A stretch of 35,065 bases of DNA from a virus (taxonomy: Duplodnaviria; Caudoviricetes), in IMG/VR virus record IMGVR_UViG_3300005512_000143, positions 1-35,065 of that record, one strand, 5' to 3'. Position numbers and translations under genes: made by a program. Below are positions 18,061 through 27,490 of the stretch, in pieces (positions within the stretch are counted from its first letter, which is position 1; each line of letters begins with the position of its first letter). The notes under the pieces were generated by a model that saw nothing but the letters and a program-made list of their open reading frames with translations, was not told where the DNA came from and made no database searches.

Positions 18061-19231
18061 TGCCCCATGCCTCCCATCCTTCAATTTCCTTCCTTGCAAA
18101 GAGTTCAATTCGTTTTCCTGTGGTGTAAAGTTGATCTATTAATTCCCTGAATTCCTCCGGTTTTTCTGAATGTTTCCGGCTTTTCTGAATTGAAATTACG
18201 CTATCAAGTTTCTTTTCATAATCGGGGACACAACTTCCTTTTGTGCAAATCAAGAGGAATTCATGCCGGACAGAATTATAATGTCCATAGTTATGCCCGA
18301 TTTTATCCCACACAAAAGAACTCTTATATTTAAATCCCCAAGCCTTTATCACCGGAAAACATTCCTCTAACAGCGGTGAAGTCACCCACATGAAAAGCAC
18401 TGAATTTTCTTCTGTAATTTTTTTAATTTTTTCTCCCATTTTGCATAATTCAGCTATTGACATAGAAGGATAATGTCTTTCAGCATGTCCGTAATTATCA
18501 TTCCCGATAATGCCTGAATTCCCATATTCCCAGGGTGGATCTGCATAAATTACCCGATATTTACCCTCAATTGGCGGCGGTTCTTTTTTGTTTTCTTTGT
18601 TGATCTGTCGGACTGCCTGTTTAACCGTTTTCGCTTCTCCGTCCTCTATCATTGTAATAACTTTTATTTGAACTTCCGGCGGTTCATTAACTATAGTGAC
18701 CGCCCCGGACACAGGAATATCTCCTTTTTCCACCGCTTTAGATAATTCAGGAGTGCCTTCTTTGAGGACTTTCTCCGCTGTTCGAATTGATCTCCCTGAA
18801 ACATTGAGTGCTTCTCCGGCTTTGTCGGAGGACTTGCCTTTATTCTGTTGCGGAAAATTTTCCCTAACAGAATTCTCTTTTTTAATCGGTTTCCTTATTT
18901 GCCTTTCCTTCGCCTGCTTCTCGTAGATATGCTTTACCCGGGCTCCTGCCATTGCTCTCTGTGACTCCTGTAAATGGCGTCGGAGAAGGTTCAGACTAAC
19001 AACAAGGTTCAGGGCTTCTTCCGGCGTCCCCACAAAGTTAAGCAAATTAACATCATAGAGTTTATTGAGCTTTTTACAAGCCCGATAACGGTTCCTACCG
19101 TCAAGGATCTTGTCTTCATAGAGATACACGGTGTGTTGTTGTAGTCCATTATGCTTTATGTCCTCGACAAGTTTATCAAATTCCGCTCCCTCTATGAGAG
19201 GGAAAATATTGGCGAATTCATGAAATTCCAT
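18047..19231 (-). CDS. ParB-like domain fused to MT-A70 family adenine methyltransferase
   Basis: N-terminal 'ILDGRNRYRAC...SLNLLRRHL'; C-terminal 'YRVIYADPPWEY', 'LFMWVT', 'WGFKYK', 'HSEKPE', 'RIELFAR', 'WGNE'. Confidence 0.92.
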   Translation of the reverse strand: MEFHEFANIFPLIEGAEFDKLVEDIKHNGLQQHTVYLYEDKILDGRNRYRACKKLNKLYDVNLLNFVGTPEEALNLVVSLNLLRRHLQESQRAMAGARVKHIYEKQAKERQIRKPIKKENSVRENFPQQNKGKSSDKAGEALNVSGRSIRTAEKVLKEGTPELSKAVEKGDIPVSGAVTIVNEPPEVQIKVITMIEDGEAKTVKQAVRQINKENKKEPPPIEGKYRVIYADPPWEYGNSGIIGNDNYGHAERHYPSMSIAELCKMGEKIKKITEENSVLFMWVTSPLLEECFPVIKAWGFKYKSSFVWDKIGHNYGHYNSVRHEFLLICTKGSCVPDYEKKLDSVISIQKSRKHSEKPEEFRELIDQLYTTGKRIELFARKEIEGWEAWGNEPG

Positions 19232-19341
19232 TATTACCTCCTTACAGGTTAAGACTTAAAATATCTGCACAATACCGCATGCCTGCGTCATTTTTACCTT
19301 ACAAATTCTTGAATATTGCAAAAGGTAGGGTAAAAATAATT

Positions 19342-20655
19342 TCAACCCAAATACCCCTCCATATCGTCAAATCTCAACATTTCACCGCGGAATACCGCCT
19401 TTGCCATCCCTGTCTCGCCGTGCCTGTTCTTAGAAATAATAATCTCAGAAGTCTTGTCATCTTTCTTCTTGGTGTAATAAGCGTCCCTGTAAATAAACAT
19501 TACCATATCGGCATCCTGCTCAATAGCTCCACTGTCCCGGAGGTCTGATAATAGCGGTCTTTTGTCGCCTCTTTTCTCACATTCTCTTGATAGCTGTGAT
19601 AATAAGAGAATCGGCACATTAAATTTCTTTGCGATATTCTTCAGGCTCCTGGTTATGTTTGCAAGCTCAAGGTTCCGGTTCTCTTTGCTGTCTGTATTCT
19701 GCATTAACTGGAGATAATCAATTATCACGAGTCCAATATTTTTCTCTCTATTTGCAATGTGAAGTTTTGATTTTATTTCATATACTGAAGGGTTAGGTGA
19801 CGGGTCAATATATAAATTCATATCTCTTATTTGGTTGATTGCTAAGAGTGACTTACTGATTATGTTATCCCCGTATTTCCGGGATCTGAGTTGTGAATGG
19901 TCTATCATTGCTAAATTAGCAATCATCCTATTTTGTATTTGCTCTGTGGACATTTCCAGGCTGAAGAAGAGGATTTTCTTTTCCGGACGTCTTTCCAAAT
20001 TGTTAAGTGCTATCTGCATAGCGAAGGCTGATTTGCCCATTCCTGGTCGTGCCGCTAATATAATGAGATCGGTTGGGTTGAATCCCAAGATGATTTCATC
20101 CACATTTCCTAAGCCTGTTTTCGTCAATGCGGGCTCTTCCTTTTTGAGAATTTGACTGTAAATTTCCTCCAGCCCGTCTTTAATGTGAACGATATTTTCT
20201 GATTTTTCTTCAAGAGTGTTAAGAAATGATAACCCGATTAATTCTTCAACACTCTCATTTGTGGTTTCTTTGCCACTTATTATTGAGTCATAAATTGTCT
20301 TTCCTGCGAGTGCATATCTGCGGAGGTAATATTTTTCCTTTACTATGTTGCTGTAAGATTGAATATTACCAGTGGTTGGCATAACATTAAGGAGTGATGT
20401 TAGGTATTTTGCGCCTCCTATTTTCTCAAATGTCTTATGGTCTTTCAGTATCGAGGTTACATTTAGAATGTCGCATGGAGTGTCCTTCTTAGCCAGTTCT
20501 ACAATACTTTTCCATATCTCTTTATTATAAGAATTGTGAAAGAATTTTTCATGTGGCAGGATCTCAATAGCAAAATTAATGCCGTTGGAGTCTAACATTA
20601 CAGAACCGATAACAGCCTGTTCCGCTTCAATATCGTTTGGTAATTTTATTGCCAT
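19342..20655 (-). CDS. dnaB: Replicative DNA helicase, DnaB family
   Basis: 'AARPGMGKS', 'FFSLEM', 'IIDYLQLM', 'LSQLSR', 'DLRDSGAIEQDAD', 'KNRHGETG'. Confidence 0.97.
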   Translation of the reverse strand: MAIKLPNDIEAEQAVIGSVMLDSNGINFAIEILPHEKFFHNSYNKEIWKSIVELAKKDTPCDILNVTSILKDHKTFEKIGGAKYLTSLLNVMPTTGNIQSYSNIVKEKYYLRRYALAGKTIYDSIISGKETTNESVEELIGLSFLNTLEEKSENIVHIKDGLEEIYSQILKKEEPALTKTGLGNVDEIILGFNPTDLIILAARPGMGKSAFAMQIALNNLERRPEKKILFFSLEMSTEQIQNRMIANLAMIDHSQLRSRKYGDNIISKSLLAINQIRDMNLYIDPSPNPSVYEIKSKLHIANREKNIGLVIIDYLQLMQNTDSKENRNLELANITRSLKNIAKKFNVPILLLSQLSRECEKRGDKRPLLSDLRDSGAIEQDADMVMFIYRDAYYTKKKDDKTSEIIISKNRHGETGMAKAVFRGEMLRFDDMEGYLG

Positions 20656-20674
20656 TTACTTCCCTTTCTTATTA

Positions 20675-20881
20675 TCAATTCAAACTAATCGACACATCAA
20701 CATCCATGCTGGCGTCTATCGGGTCACACACACTGCAAGCGTCACCGCTGACACATAATACGCTGAATGTCCCTGATTGTTCCTCTTCTTTCATCAGGTT
20801 TTCTATTGTGTCAAGGAATGTATCGAAGCATTCTCTGCATAATATGATTATACCGCTGGTGTCATTTTTTATAACAAACAT
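20675..20881 (-). CDS. Small acidic Cys-rich hypothetical protein
   Basis: GGAGG RBS; two CxxC motifs. Confidence 0.55.
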   Translation of the reverse strand: MFVIKNDTSGIIILCRECFDTFLDTIENLMKEEEQSGTFSVLCVSGDACSVCDPIDASMDVDVSISLN

Positions 20882-21001
20882 TATAGCCTCCTAATCAGTA
20901 AGTCCTAACATCTTTCTGAATCGCTTTGATGTTCCACTTGCATTTATCCTTAGCTTCCACCTTCATGGTTATTCGTGTTTTTATGACAACTTCAAATGTT
21001 T

Positions 21002-21625
21002 TCATACTTTCTTCACCTCTTTTTTCTTCTCAACCGGCGTCCATAGTCCCATCTCATGTTCAACCCACCATTCCTTCAACTGGTCGAATACATAATCACG
21101 ACCCTCTGCCCGTGTCCCGACGAACTGCCATCGTATTCCGTATTTGCGCCGCCAATGATAGACGGCTCCTCGCAGATGGTTCGGGTGGAGTTGACATTGC
21201 ACTTTCCAGGGGGTGAGAAATTTTTCAGGGGTTGTCTCGACGAGAATTACGAAGTCAAGGAATGTTGGCGGTTTTGCGATTGCTTCCAGGAGTGCCTTCG
21301 ACGGTTCTGTTTTACATTTCTTCAATTTCTGTTCAATTTCTTCATCTGAGATTAATGCCCTGAAGGTCCGTGCTCTCATAAGCTCCTTGGTAAATCGCTC
21401 CCTGCCGCCGCCAACACATCCATATATATCTGACAGGCTTTTCCGTTCAATTGCGAATTTGTCTTCCAATCCTTCCAGGGTGTAATCGCCTGTTTTCAGT
21501 GCCTCCCTCCGCATTTTCAGCCCTGAAGGATACTCAAAGCTCTGCCCTTCATCGAGATTCTTGAGATCCCAGTAGGGTTTTTGTTCCCGAGTGTCAACCA
21601 GTATTATAGCTTTACTTTTTTTCAA
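21002..21625 (-). CDS. ERCC4/XPF-family structure-specific nuclease
   Basis: 'LVDTREQKP', 'LKTGDY', 'IERKSLSD'. Confidence 0.88.
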   Translation of the reverse strand: MKKSKAIILVDTREQKPYWDLKNLDEGQSFEYPSGLKMRREALKTGDYTLEGLEDKFAIERKSLSDIYGCVGGGRERFTKELMRARTFRALISDEEIEQKLKKCKTEPSKALLEAIAKPPTFLDFVILVETTPEKFLTPWKVQCQLHPNHLRGAVYHWRRKYGIRWQFVGTRAEGRDYVFDQLKEWWVEHEMGLWTPVEKKKEVKKV

Positions 21626-21862
21626 TTACTCCACTTCCTTCTCATTCTCCCGCCGCCGTGCCATCTTAACAATCATTGCCAATGCGGTGGCATTGGGATT
21701 CTCGTATATATCGTTCTGGGTACAATACGCCTCCATTCCGCTTCCGTTTTCGTCTTGGGATCCGAATATTATGACGAACTTGTATCCCTTGCTGTCGATG
21801 AGTTCCTTGGTTTCCTCGCCGATTGTTTTTGTTGTTTTTGCCTTGCCTATTTTATAGAGCAT
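21626..21862 (-). CDS. Hypothetical protein
   Basis: GGAGGT RBS; coupled to its neighbours. Confidence 0.6.
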   Translation of the reverse strand: MLYKIGKAKTTKTIGEETKELIDSKGYKFVIIFGSQDENGSGMEAYCTQNDIYENPNATALAMIVKMARRRENEKEVE

Positions 21863-22034
21863 GTTTCACCTCCGATTCCTCATAATTCCGCTCCCGCCGC
21901 TTCCTCCGCCGCAGTTTCCGTTTGCCCTCTTTGCATTGGCAAAATATATGCTCGTCGTAGTCCGGGTTCACGAATGGTTTGAAGCCGGAGTCGTTGCATA
22001 ATGTGCAATTTGGTTTTTTTATTATTTTTTGCAT
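21852..22034 (-). CDS. Small Zn-ribbon-like protein
   Basis: 'CTLCNDSG...FCQCKEG'; AAGGAG RBS. Confidence 0.6.
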   Translation of the reverse strand: MQKIIKKPNCTLCNDSGFKPFVNPDYDEHIFCQCKEGKRKLRRRKRRERNYEESEVKHAL

Positions 22035-22047
22035 TTGCTATCTCCTT

Positions 22048-23244
22048 TTAAAATCCATATTTAGTTATATTGCATTGCCTCGCATGATTTTCTCTTGACA
22101 TAATTCCATCGCTTTTCGGATACCAACCGGGATACCGATAAGGTCTTTTGTGTTCTTTGAACCAATTAATAATTCTTTTTACCATTTTACCGTCGTACTT
22201 TGCTGTTACATGACTTAATGGCGTTATTGGATTTGGGATTAACGGCGTGAATTTAATTCGCAGGTGGACATTAACCGAAACTTCTATCTCAAACACAGCG
22301 TCCATTACCATTTCAAATTCATCAAAATCGCTTAATTCCTCCCACGGGTAACCAAATATCATAAATGCTTTGAAGTTGCGATAGCCTTGTTTAATCATGA
22401 TTCTGAAATATTCGACAATAGCTTTATTACTGATTTTCTTGTTGACAAAATATCTCGTCGCTTGTGTTAATCCGTCAATTCCTACTCGTATTAACATGTT
22501 CTTAGGGAGATTTATCTTTGATTTTAGCAAGGTATCAAGTCGCATTGAGCCAAAACTCGTAACAAATCCCCGCTGATTTATCCTCTCCAGGCACGTAAAA
22601 TATCCAGGATGTGAGGATTCATCAGGAGCGAATAATGTTACTTTGTTGGTGATCTTCTTATCCATCTTATCAATCAGACTCAATATGTAATCAGTCTTTT
22701 GCAGGCGGAAAGGCCATCCCCATCCAAGCTCACAATAATTACATTTATGGGGACAACCTCTTGCCATTTCAATATAATAATTTGTCGCATGTCCTTCTTC
22801 ATGGCTCTCATTGAGATAGAGAGGTAATTCAGGAAGTTTCCTCAAATGGACGCTTTCCGGTAATATTCCTTTGAAATCCTTACAAATAATCGTCCCATGT
22901 AAATCCTGTAATTCCTTTGCATCCAAGTTTTTTTTAAGTCTTGTGAGGGCTTCCACAATCCATTCTTCTCCCTCTCCCCGGAAAACCACATCGGCATATT
23001 GAATGAATGGGATCGGGTTTGCTACAGTCGGATGACCTCCAAGGATTCTGATTTTCCCTTTTCTTGGCAATTCGGCAAGCCGGTATAAATCGGTGAAATG
23101 GTGGACGCTGATTAACTCCACATCATAATCACAATTCTCTGGTTCATAATCAATTTCAAATCCGGCTTGCCGTGCATAATACATGATGTAATAACAACCT
23201 ATGCTTCCTTTGGTTTTAGCCGGTTCTGTCATACAAATCTTCAT
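22048..23244 (-). CDS. Radical SAM enzyme with B12-binding-like N-terminal domain
   Basis: CxxxCxxC in 'IEMARGCPHKCNYC'; N-terminal 'ILGGHPT...ADVVFRGEGEE'; 'FMIFGYPWE'; 'FTPLIPNPITPL'. ATG at 23244 overlaps the csf3 stop (ATGA). Confidence 0.9.
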   Translation of the reverse strand: MKICMTEPAKTKGSIGCYYIMYYARQAGFEIDYEPENCDYDVELISVHHFTDLYRLAELPRKGKIRILGGHPTVANPIPFIQYADVVFRGEGEEWIVEALTRLKKNLDAKELQDLHGTIICKDFKGILPESVHLRKLPELPLYLNESHEEGHATNYYIEMARGCPHKCNYCELGWGWPFRLQKTDYILSLIDKMDKKITNKVTLFAPDESSHPGYFTCLERINQRGFVTSFGSMRLDTLLKSKINLPKNMLIRVGIDGLTQATRYFVNKKISNKAIVEYFRIMIKQGYRNFKAFMIFGYPWEELSDFDEFEMVMDAVFEIEVSVNVHLRIKFTPLIPNPITPLSHVTAKYDGKMVKRIINWFKEHKRPYRYPGWYPKSDGIMSRENHARQCNITKYGF

Positions 23245-23891
23245 GCTTCTTCCATCCTCCAGCCTATCGGGAAACAAGGGACTTTCCCTTCATTTGCCCA
23301 GTAAGGCGGTCTTGGTCTTATCATTCTTATTCCTTCCTCATGAGGGAAATATCTATTAATTTTGTCATTATTCAATATTGTGTAGTCATACTTCGATTCT
23401 TCATAAGAAATCATGGTAACATTACCATGTCCATGTGATCTCTTCTGCCCAATTCGCTTTACCTTATTTAACAAACGGGAAACTTCATCATAATCTCCGT
23501 CGAAGTATGCTTCCATTTTTGAGCATAAATACAATTGTAAAGAGTTATTATAAGATCGGTAATGCCCTGTGGTTATTGTGATATTGCCGTTTGTCAATCC
23601 ATCAGCCCGTTTCTGCGGGAAATTTTTCCGATAATATCTCTTCTCATGGACAATATCGCCAACCGGGAGGATAGCAGAGGCTTTCCAGACCTCTTCGCCG
23701 GACAGAATCACTTTTTCCAATGGCAGATCAACCTCAATGATAGGATCGTCCCTGTTTATCGGTTGTTTGAAAATTTCATGGTATTTTTCCATAAAAACAT
23801 AATATGCAAGTAATCCGTCCAAGTGCAAAGGCTCCCGGCGGTTGAATACTACACCCTTGCCGTCCAGGTGGAATGTAACTTTATACACCAT
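23241..23891 (-). CDS. csf3: Type IV CRISPR Cas5-family RAMP (Csf3-like)
   Basis: 'PLHLDGLLAY', 'LPL', 'WKAS', 'GHYRSY', Gly-rich loop 'IGQKRSHGHGNV', C-terminal 'RPPYW'. Confidence 0.85.
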   Translation of the reverse strand: MVYKVTFHLDGKGVVFNRREPLHLDGLLAYYVFMEKYHEIFKQPINRDDPIIEVDLPLEKVILSGEEVWKASAILPVGDIVHEKRYYRKNFPQKRADGLTNGNITITTGHYRSYNNSLQLYLCSKMEAYFDGDYDEVSRLLNKVKRIGQKRSHGHGNVTMISYEESKYDYTILNNDKINRYFPHEEGIRMIRPRPPYWANEGKVPCFPIGWRMEEA

Positions 23892-24564
23892 CTTTCTTTT
23901 TCGCCTCCTTCTTTTCTCTCACGGGCAATAACCACACCGCTAATTGATATTCGGGAGAAGCATTTATATTCTTCATTCTATTAACATAATCATACCATTT
24001 CACAATGTCAATCTTTTGGAGTTGAAATCTGTTGATGTCAAGTGAGAGCAAGTCACCGCGGCTCACTCCCATTTTGTAGAATTCATTTATCGTGTCATAT
24101 AATAATAGTGTGTTTGGCACACTACATTTTTTTGTTGAAAAAGAAACAATCGAATTATGACTTGATAAATTTGCTTGTGTTAATAACCCACCGGGACGCC
24201 TCATATCTATAGCACAATACATCCCCCACGGGAGAGGAATCTCATGGCAATTCAAAAGTAATAAATAAGCTTCCGCACGTTTTATAGTGCGGAAGCCGTT
24301 CTCATTATCAATAATCCATGAATTCCATCGCAGATGTCCATCTTTGAGGATCTCTGCGATCTCCCGATCAACCTGCTGTTCTTTCGGACAGGCTAAGAGG
24401 TTATATGGGATCGTATTTTTCCAGACCTCTTTTATACCCAAATAATCAGAGGTTAATTTGCCCGTTATAGCACAAGTTTTTGACTCATAATTCAAGTGAA
24501 GTTCTTCCGGATGAAACTTATTTTGCTTCAGGAGTTCTATCGCTAACAATCTCAAATCCTCCAA
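23881..24564 (-). CDS. csf1: Type IV CRISPR large subunit (Csf1/Cas8-like)
   Basis: Lies between csf2 and csf3 and overlaps both; degenerate N-terminal Zn-finger region 'CAITG...LLACP'; 'LRWNSW'; 'PLPWGMY'. Start codon uncertain. Confidence 0.62.
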   Translation of the reverse strand: MEDLRLLAIELLKQNKFHPEELHLNYESKTCAITGKLTSDYLGIKEVWKNTIPYNLLACPKEQQVDREIAEILKDGHLRWNSWIIDNENGFRTIKRAEAYLLLLNCHEIPLPWGMYCAIDMRRPGGLLTQANLSSHNSIVSFSTKKCSVPNTLLLYDTINEFYKMGVSRGDLLSLDINRFQLQKIDIVKWYDYVNRMKNINASPEYQLAVWLLPVREKKEAKKKDGV

Positions 24565-25753
24565 TCTCTTTTATAAAGTCAAGGATTTTCTCTTTGTTGT
24601 CTTCAATGAATTTCTCATACAAATCAGAGGATAAGTCTTTATCCGTTGTGATCTCCGTGAAACCCCATCCTCTATTGGACGCGGCACCTACTCTCCCTGA
24701 TTCCTGCATTAATTTTATTCCCAGATGAAGACAATGCTTCTCAATATCAGTGATATTGTCGTTGTAGTCAATACCACCTATAATGACATTTCCAGCCTTC
24801 ATAAGTTCAAAATTAGCAATCATACTTGTATTCTTGTCGTGTTGACCGACCAGATCATCACGCCTCGTGAGATATTCCCATGTTAGCATATCCTTGTAGC
24901 TTGGATAATTTCCATCTCTCATTTCTTGACATTTCGGGAGATAATCCAGAGAGGCAAATTTGCCGGGATAAAGTGAATTTGAAAATCCAAACCCGAAGAC
25001 TGATAACATTGGGAAGAGGTCTCTGAATCCTGCAATCTTATTGAGATTATATCCATGTATTGTTTCTCCGGTTTTCTTTGCCGATTTCTTGACTTCCTTA
25101 TCTCCGCCTAAATTGCCACCTGAATATAGGAGATAGAAGAACCATGTGGAATATGGAGGATTTATCCTATCAGCTTTCAGTCCTAATCTCTCCGTCAAAT
25201 CTCGTGCCAAAAGGTCTCTCATCCTGCCCCTAAAAGCATTCCCTGCATAATATGGCATTTCTATAATTCCGCCGTTTTCTGCCATGATTTTTGTCCGTCG
25301 GAAGAGTGAAGCATTGCCGGCTTTGATGTCGCTCCCGTGGTGTAATGGTGTCAAGAGTTTTATCTCAATGGGAATATCTGGAATGTAACGGCTTGTAACC
25401 CTATCGCCTTCTTTGTATTCCAGGAGATTGATTTTTCTTATGGTATTCTCATAATTCTCTTGCCCATCCTTCTTGTAACTCAAGTGAGCAAGAGAAACAG
25501 CGATTTTCAGATTATCACGAATCCAAGGTACTATTTCAGATCCGCTTTCTTCAATAATAATTTTGCTAATTAATTCTCCGTCAAGAGCAGGAGATTTCAT
25601 TAATCCTGAAAGATTGTTGATAAATGACAAAACATTATTATCCGAACAAGCTTGTCTTACCCGTGTTTCAAATAAATCATATTTTGTGCTTGATTTTGAT
25701 TCCATTTCACTTTTTAAGAATATCAATCCCATCGCTTTTAATGTGTTTTTCAT
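24518..25753 (-). CDS. csf2: Type IV CRISPR Cas7 (Csf2-like) with N-terminal Cas11-like helical domain
   Basis: RAMP motifs 'IKLLTPLHHG', 'SLFRR', 'PYYAGNAFRGRMRD', 'LYSGGNL', 'FPMLSVFG', 'VGAASNRGWG', preceded by about 110 aa of helical extension. Confidence 0.87.
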   Translation of the reverse strand: MKNTLKAMGLIFLKSEMESKSSTKYDLFETRVRQACSDNNVLSFINNLSGLMKSPALDGELISKIIIEESGSEIVPWIRDNLKIAVSLAHLSYKKDGQENYENTIRKINLLEYKEGDRVTSRYIPDIPIEIKLLTPLHHGSDIKAGNASLFRRTKIMAENGGIIEMPYYAGNAFRGRMRDLLARDLTERLGLKADRINPPYSTWFFYLLYSGGNLGGDKEVKKSAKKTGETIHGYNLNKIAGFRDLFPMLSVFGFGFSNSLYPGKFASLDYLPKCQEMRDGNYPSYKDMLTWEYLTRRDDLVGQHDKNTSMIANFELMKAGNVIIGGIDYNDNITDIEKHCLHLGIKLMQESGRVGAASNRGWGFTEITTDKDLSSDLYEKFIEDNKEKILDFIKEIGGFEIVSDRTPEAK

Positions 25754-25789
25754 AATTTCCCTCCTGTATAATTTTTTAATATTCTTTGT

Positions 25790-26197
25790 TCATATCACAA
25801 CATCTTCCTTATTATTGATAATCTTCGGCGGAATCTTTTCCCGGATAGCCTTCCTCAATGCAGTTATTGACGCCTTGCCATAAAAATGCCTAACATCGGC
25901 AAGTGTCACTGTTGTGGGAGAATGTCCTGCTCCCATAGCCCCGTAGAGTTGCCAAAACTCAATGTAAGTACTCGCCAGGGTCAACAGTTTTGTGTCGCCT
26001 CTCTTCATTCGCAGGCTCCCCGCATATCGCTTTACCGGGTCAACCATTCCCTGTGGAGTGTAATCGTAGCCTCCGCCTATCTCCGCCCTGTCGCCCTTCA
26101 TCCCGGGCTTGTCGGTGGGTGATTGCTTGTCGTAGCAGGTTTTTTGTCCGCCTACAGCGGGGAATGGTGGGTAATGTGTTGGTTTATTTATTATCAT
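25790..26197 (-). CDS. Hypothetical protein
   Basis: GGAGG RBS; overlaps the upstream ORF; immediately upstream of csf2. Confidence 0.55.
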   Translation of the reverse strand: MIINKPTHYPPFPAVGGQKTCYDKQSPTDKPGMKGDRAEIGGGYDYTPQGMVDPVKRYAGSLRMKRGDTKLLTLASTYIEFWQLYGAMGAGHSPTTVTLADVRHFYGKASITALRKAIREKIPPKIINNKEDVVI

Positions 26198-26519
26198 TGG
26201 TTGCCTCCATTTTTTTTACTCTGTAATTCAACCTTTTTCCGCCGCCTGCATAATATAAAGTCAAGTGATTCTCCATTAGATATTTATCGCCGCCCCGTAA
26301 AACACGACCATCCCGATGTAATTCCACAATTTTTATACTTTTTCTCAATTTTAAAGGCGGGTACGGTATATATGAAAACTTGTGATTTTCTTCATATTCC
26401 TTTACATATTCTGCCAATTTGTCCAAAAATACCTGATTCAACTCATCACCTTCTTTGTCAGAATGAACTATCAACGTAGTTTCATTCTGGTCAACTTTTC
26501 TAATTTCATAACATTTCAT
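26184..26519 (-). CDS. Hypothetical protein
   Basis: 111 aa; GGAGG RBS. Confidence 0.6.
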   Translation of the reverse strand: MKCYEIRKVDQNETTLIVHSDKEGDELNQVFLDKLAEYVKEYEENHKFSYIPYPPLKLRKSIKIVELHRDGRVLRGGDKYLMENHLTLYYAGGGKRLNYRVKKMEATNDNK

Positions 26520-26847
26520 TTCGTCGCCTCCATTCCAATATCAAATGCTTTTTCAAAAATATCCCAGCTTCCTCCGCCACTATCCTTATGCCATTTTACG
26601 GCGGAAGAGAATTTTGCCGAATTTCTCTTGAAATTCTATTTCGGCTTTCTTTTTTTTATTAATTTTTATAATTACTCTTTTTAGATTACTCACGGCGTCG
26701 CCTCCTCAAATACTCGCCAACCGGATCCAGGCGTTCATGTGTCGCTTCTTAATATTCCGGTCAATAATCTCGTCAATTCTCGCTTCGTACTTCTCACGGT
26801 CTTTAGCAATTGTCATCAAGAATACTTAATATTTCCTGTTTATTTTC

Positions 26848-27135
26848 TTAGCCATAGCCATAGCCAGCGCCAGCGCCATAGCCAGCGCCAGAGCCATAGC
26901 CATCGCCAGAGCCATAGCCAGAGCCAGCGCCAGCGCCAGAGCCAGAGCCAGCGCCAGAGCCATCGCCATAGCCATCGCCAGAGCCAGCGCCATAGCTATA
27001 GCCAGAGCCATAGCCATCGCCAGAGCCAGCGCCAGAGCCAGCGCCAGAGCCATAGCCAGAGCCAGCGCCAGAGCCATCGCCATAGCCATCGCCAGCGCCA
27101 GCGCCGATGTTACCCTCGATAAAGATCACTTGCAT
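26848..27135 (-). CDS. Gly-rich low-complexity protein (G-X dipeptide repeats), copy 1
   Basis: Strong GAGGAGG RBS before the ATG; (GGC-KMT)n hexamers encoding GA/GS/GY/GD. Confidence 0.65.
   Translation of the reverse strand: MQVIFIEGNIGAGAGDGYGDGSGAGSGYGSGAGSGAGSGDGYGSGYSYGAGSGDGYGDGSGAGSGSGAGAGSGYGSGDGYGSGAGYGAGAGYGYG
26851..27105. repeat. Degenerate 6-bp tandem array (GCCAGA/GCCATA/GCCATC/GCCAGC)
   Basis: Directly visible in the sequence. Confidence 0.95.
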
Positions 27136-27208
27136 TCTGCCTCCTCAAATATTAAATCTAATTGATATGTTCTTATTTTTAGCTTTTCAGCTTTTTTACT
27201 TTCTAAAC

Positions 27209-27490
27209 TCATGACTCCTCCTTCAACTCCAGATCCTCTTCACGGGCAAGGAATATATCCCGGTCTTTCAGGTTCTTCCTGCACTCATAGAGGCGGTGTC
27301 CTTTGGACTTTGTAAAGATATTGCCTACTTCTTCATTTACCCAATCACTCTTACCCTCATATTTCGTACAGATACCGATAATTAACATCTCTGTGGGCTT
27401 GAACCAGAATTTTTCCCTAATGATCCTTCTATCGTTCTCATAATAGAAGTCCATTGCTTTCTTCACAAGTACTTTATCGCCGATTTTCAC
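27209..27490 (-). CDS. Hypothetical protein
   Basis: Probable GTG start overlapping the methylase stop (GTGA) after GGAGG. Confidence 0.6.
   Translation of the reverse strand: MKIGDKVLVKKAMDFYYENDRRIIREKFWFKPTEMLIIGICTKYEGKSDWVNEEVGNIFTKSKGHRLYECRKNLKDRDIFLAREEDLELKEES

Noticed and set aside
19289-19340. Imperfect inverted repeat after dnaB (ATTTTTACC...GGTAAAAAT)
   Set aside because: AT-rich with a large loop and no clear U-tract; function cannot be supported.
26520-26825. Short ORFs (about 35 aa), hairpins and a repeated GGAGGCGACG
   Set aside because: The repeated motif is explained as RBS context; the ORFs are too short to call and the hairpins lack further support.
26826-27089. Ala/Met/Leu-frame ORFs (MALALAM...KKINRK) over both arrays (also 28266-28550), and plus-strand Ser/Gln/His or Ala/Arg ORFs
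   Set aside because: These are by-products of a stop-free hexamer repeat. The RBS and synonymous GGN variation favour the Gly frame, although dual coding of a hydrophobic peptide is not strictly excluded.
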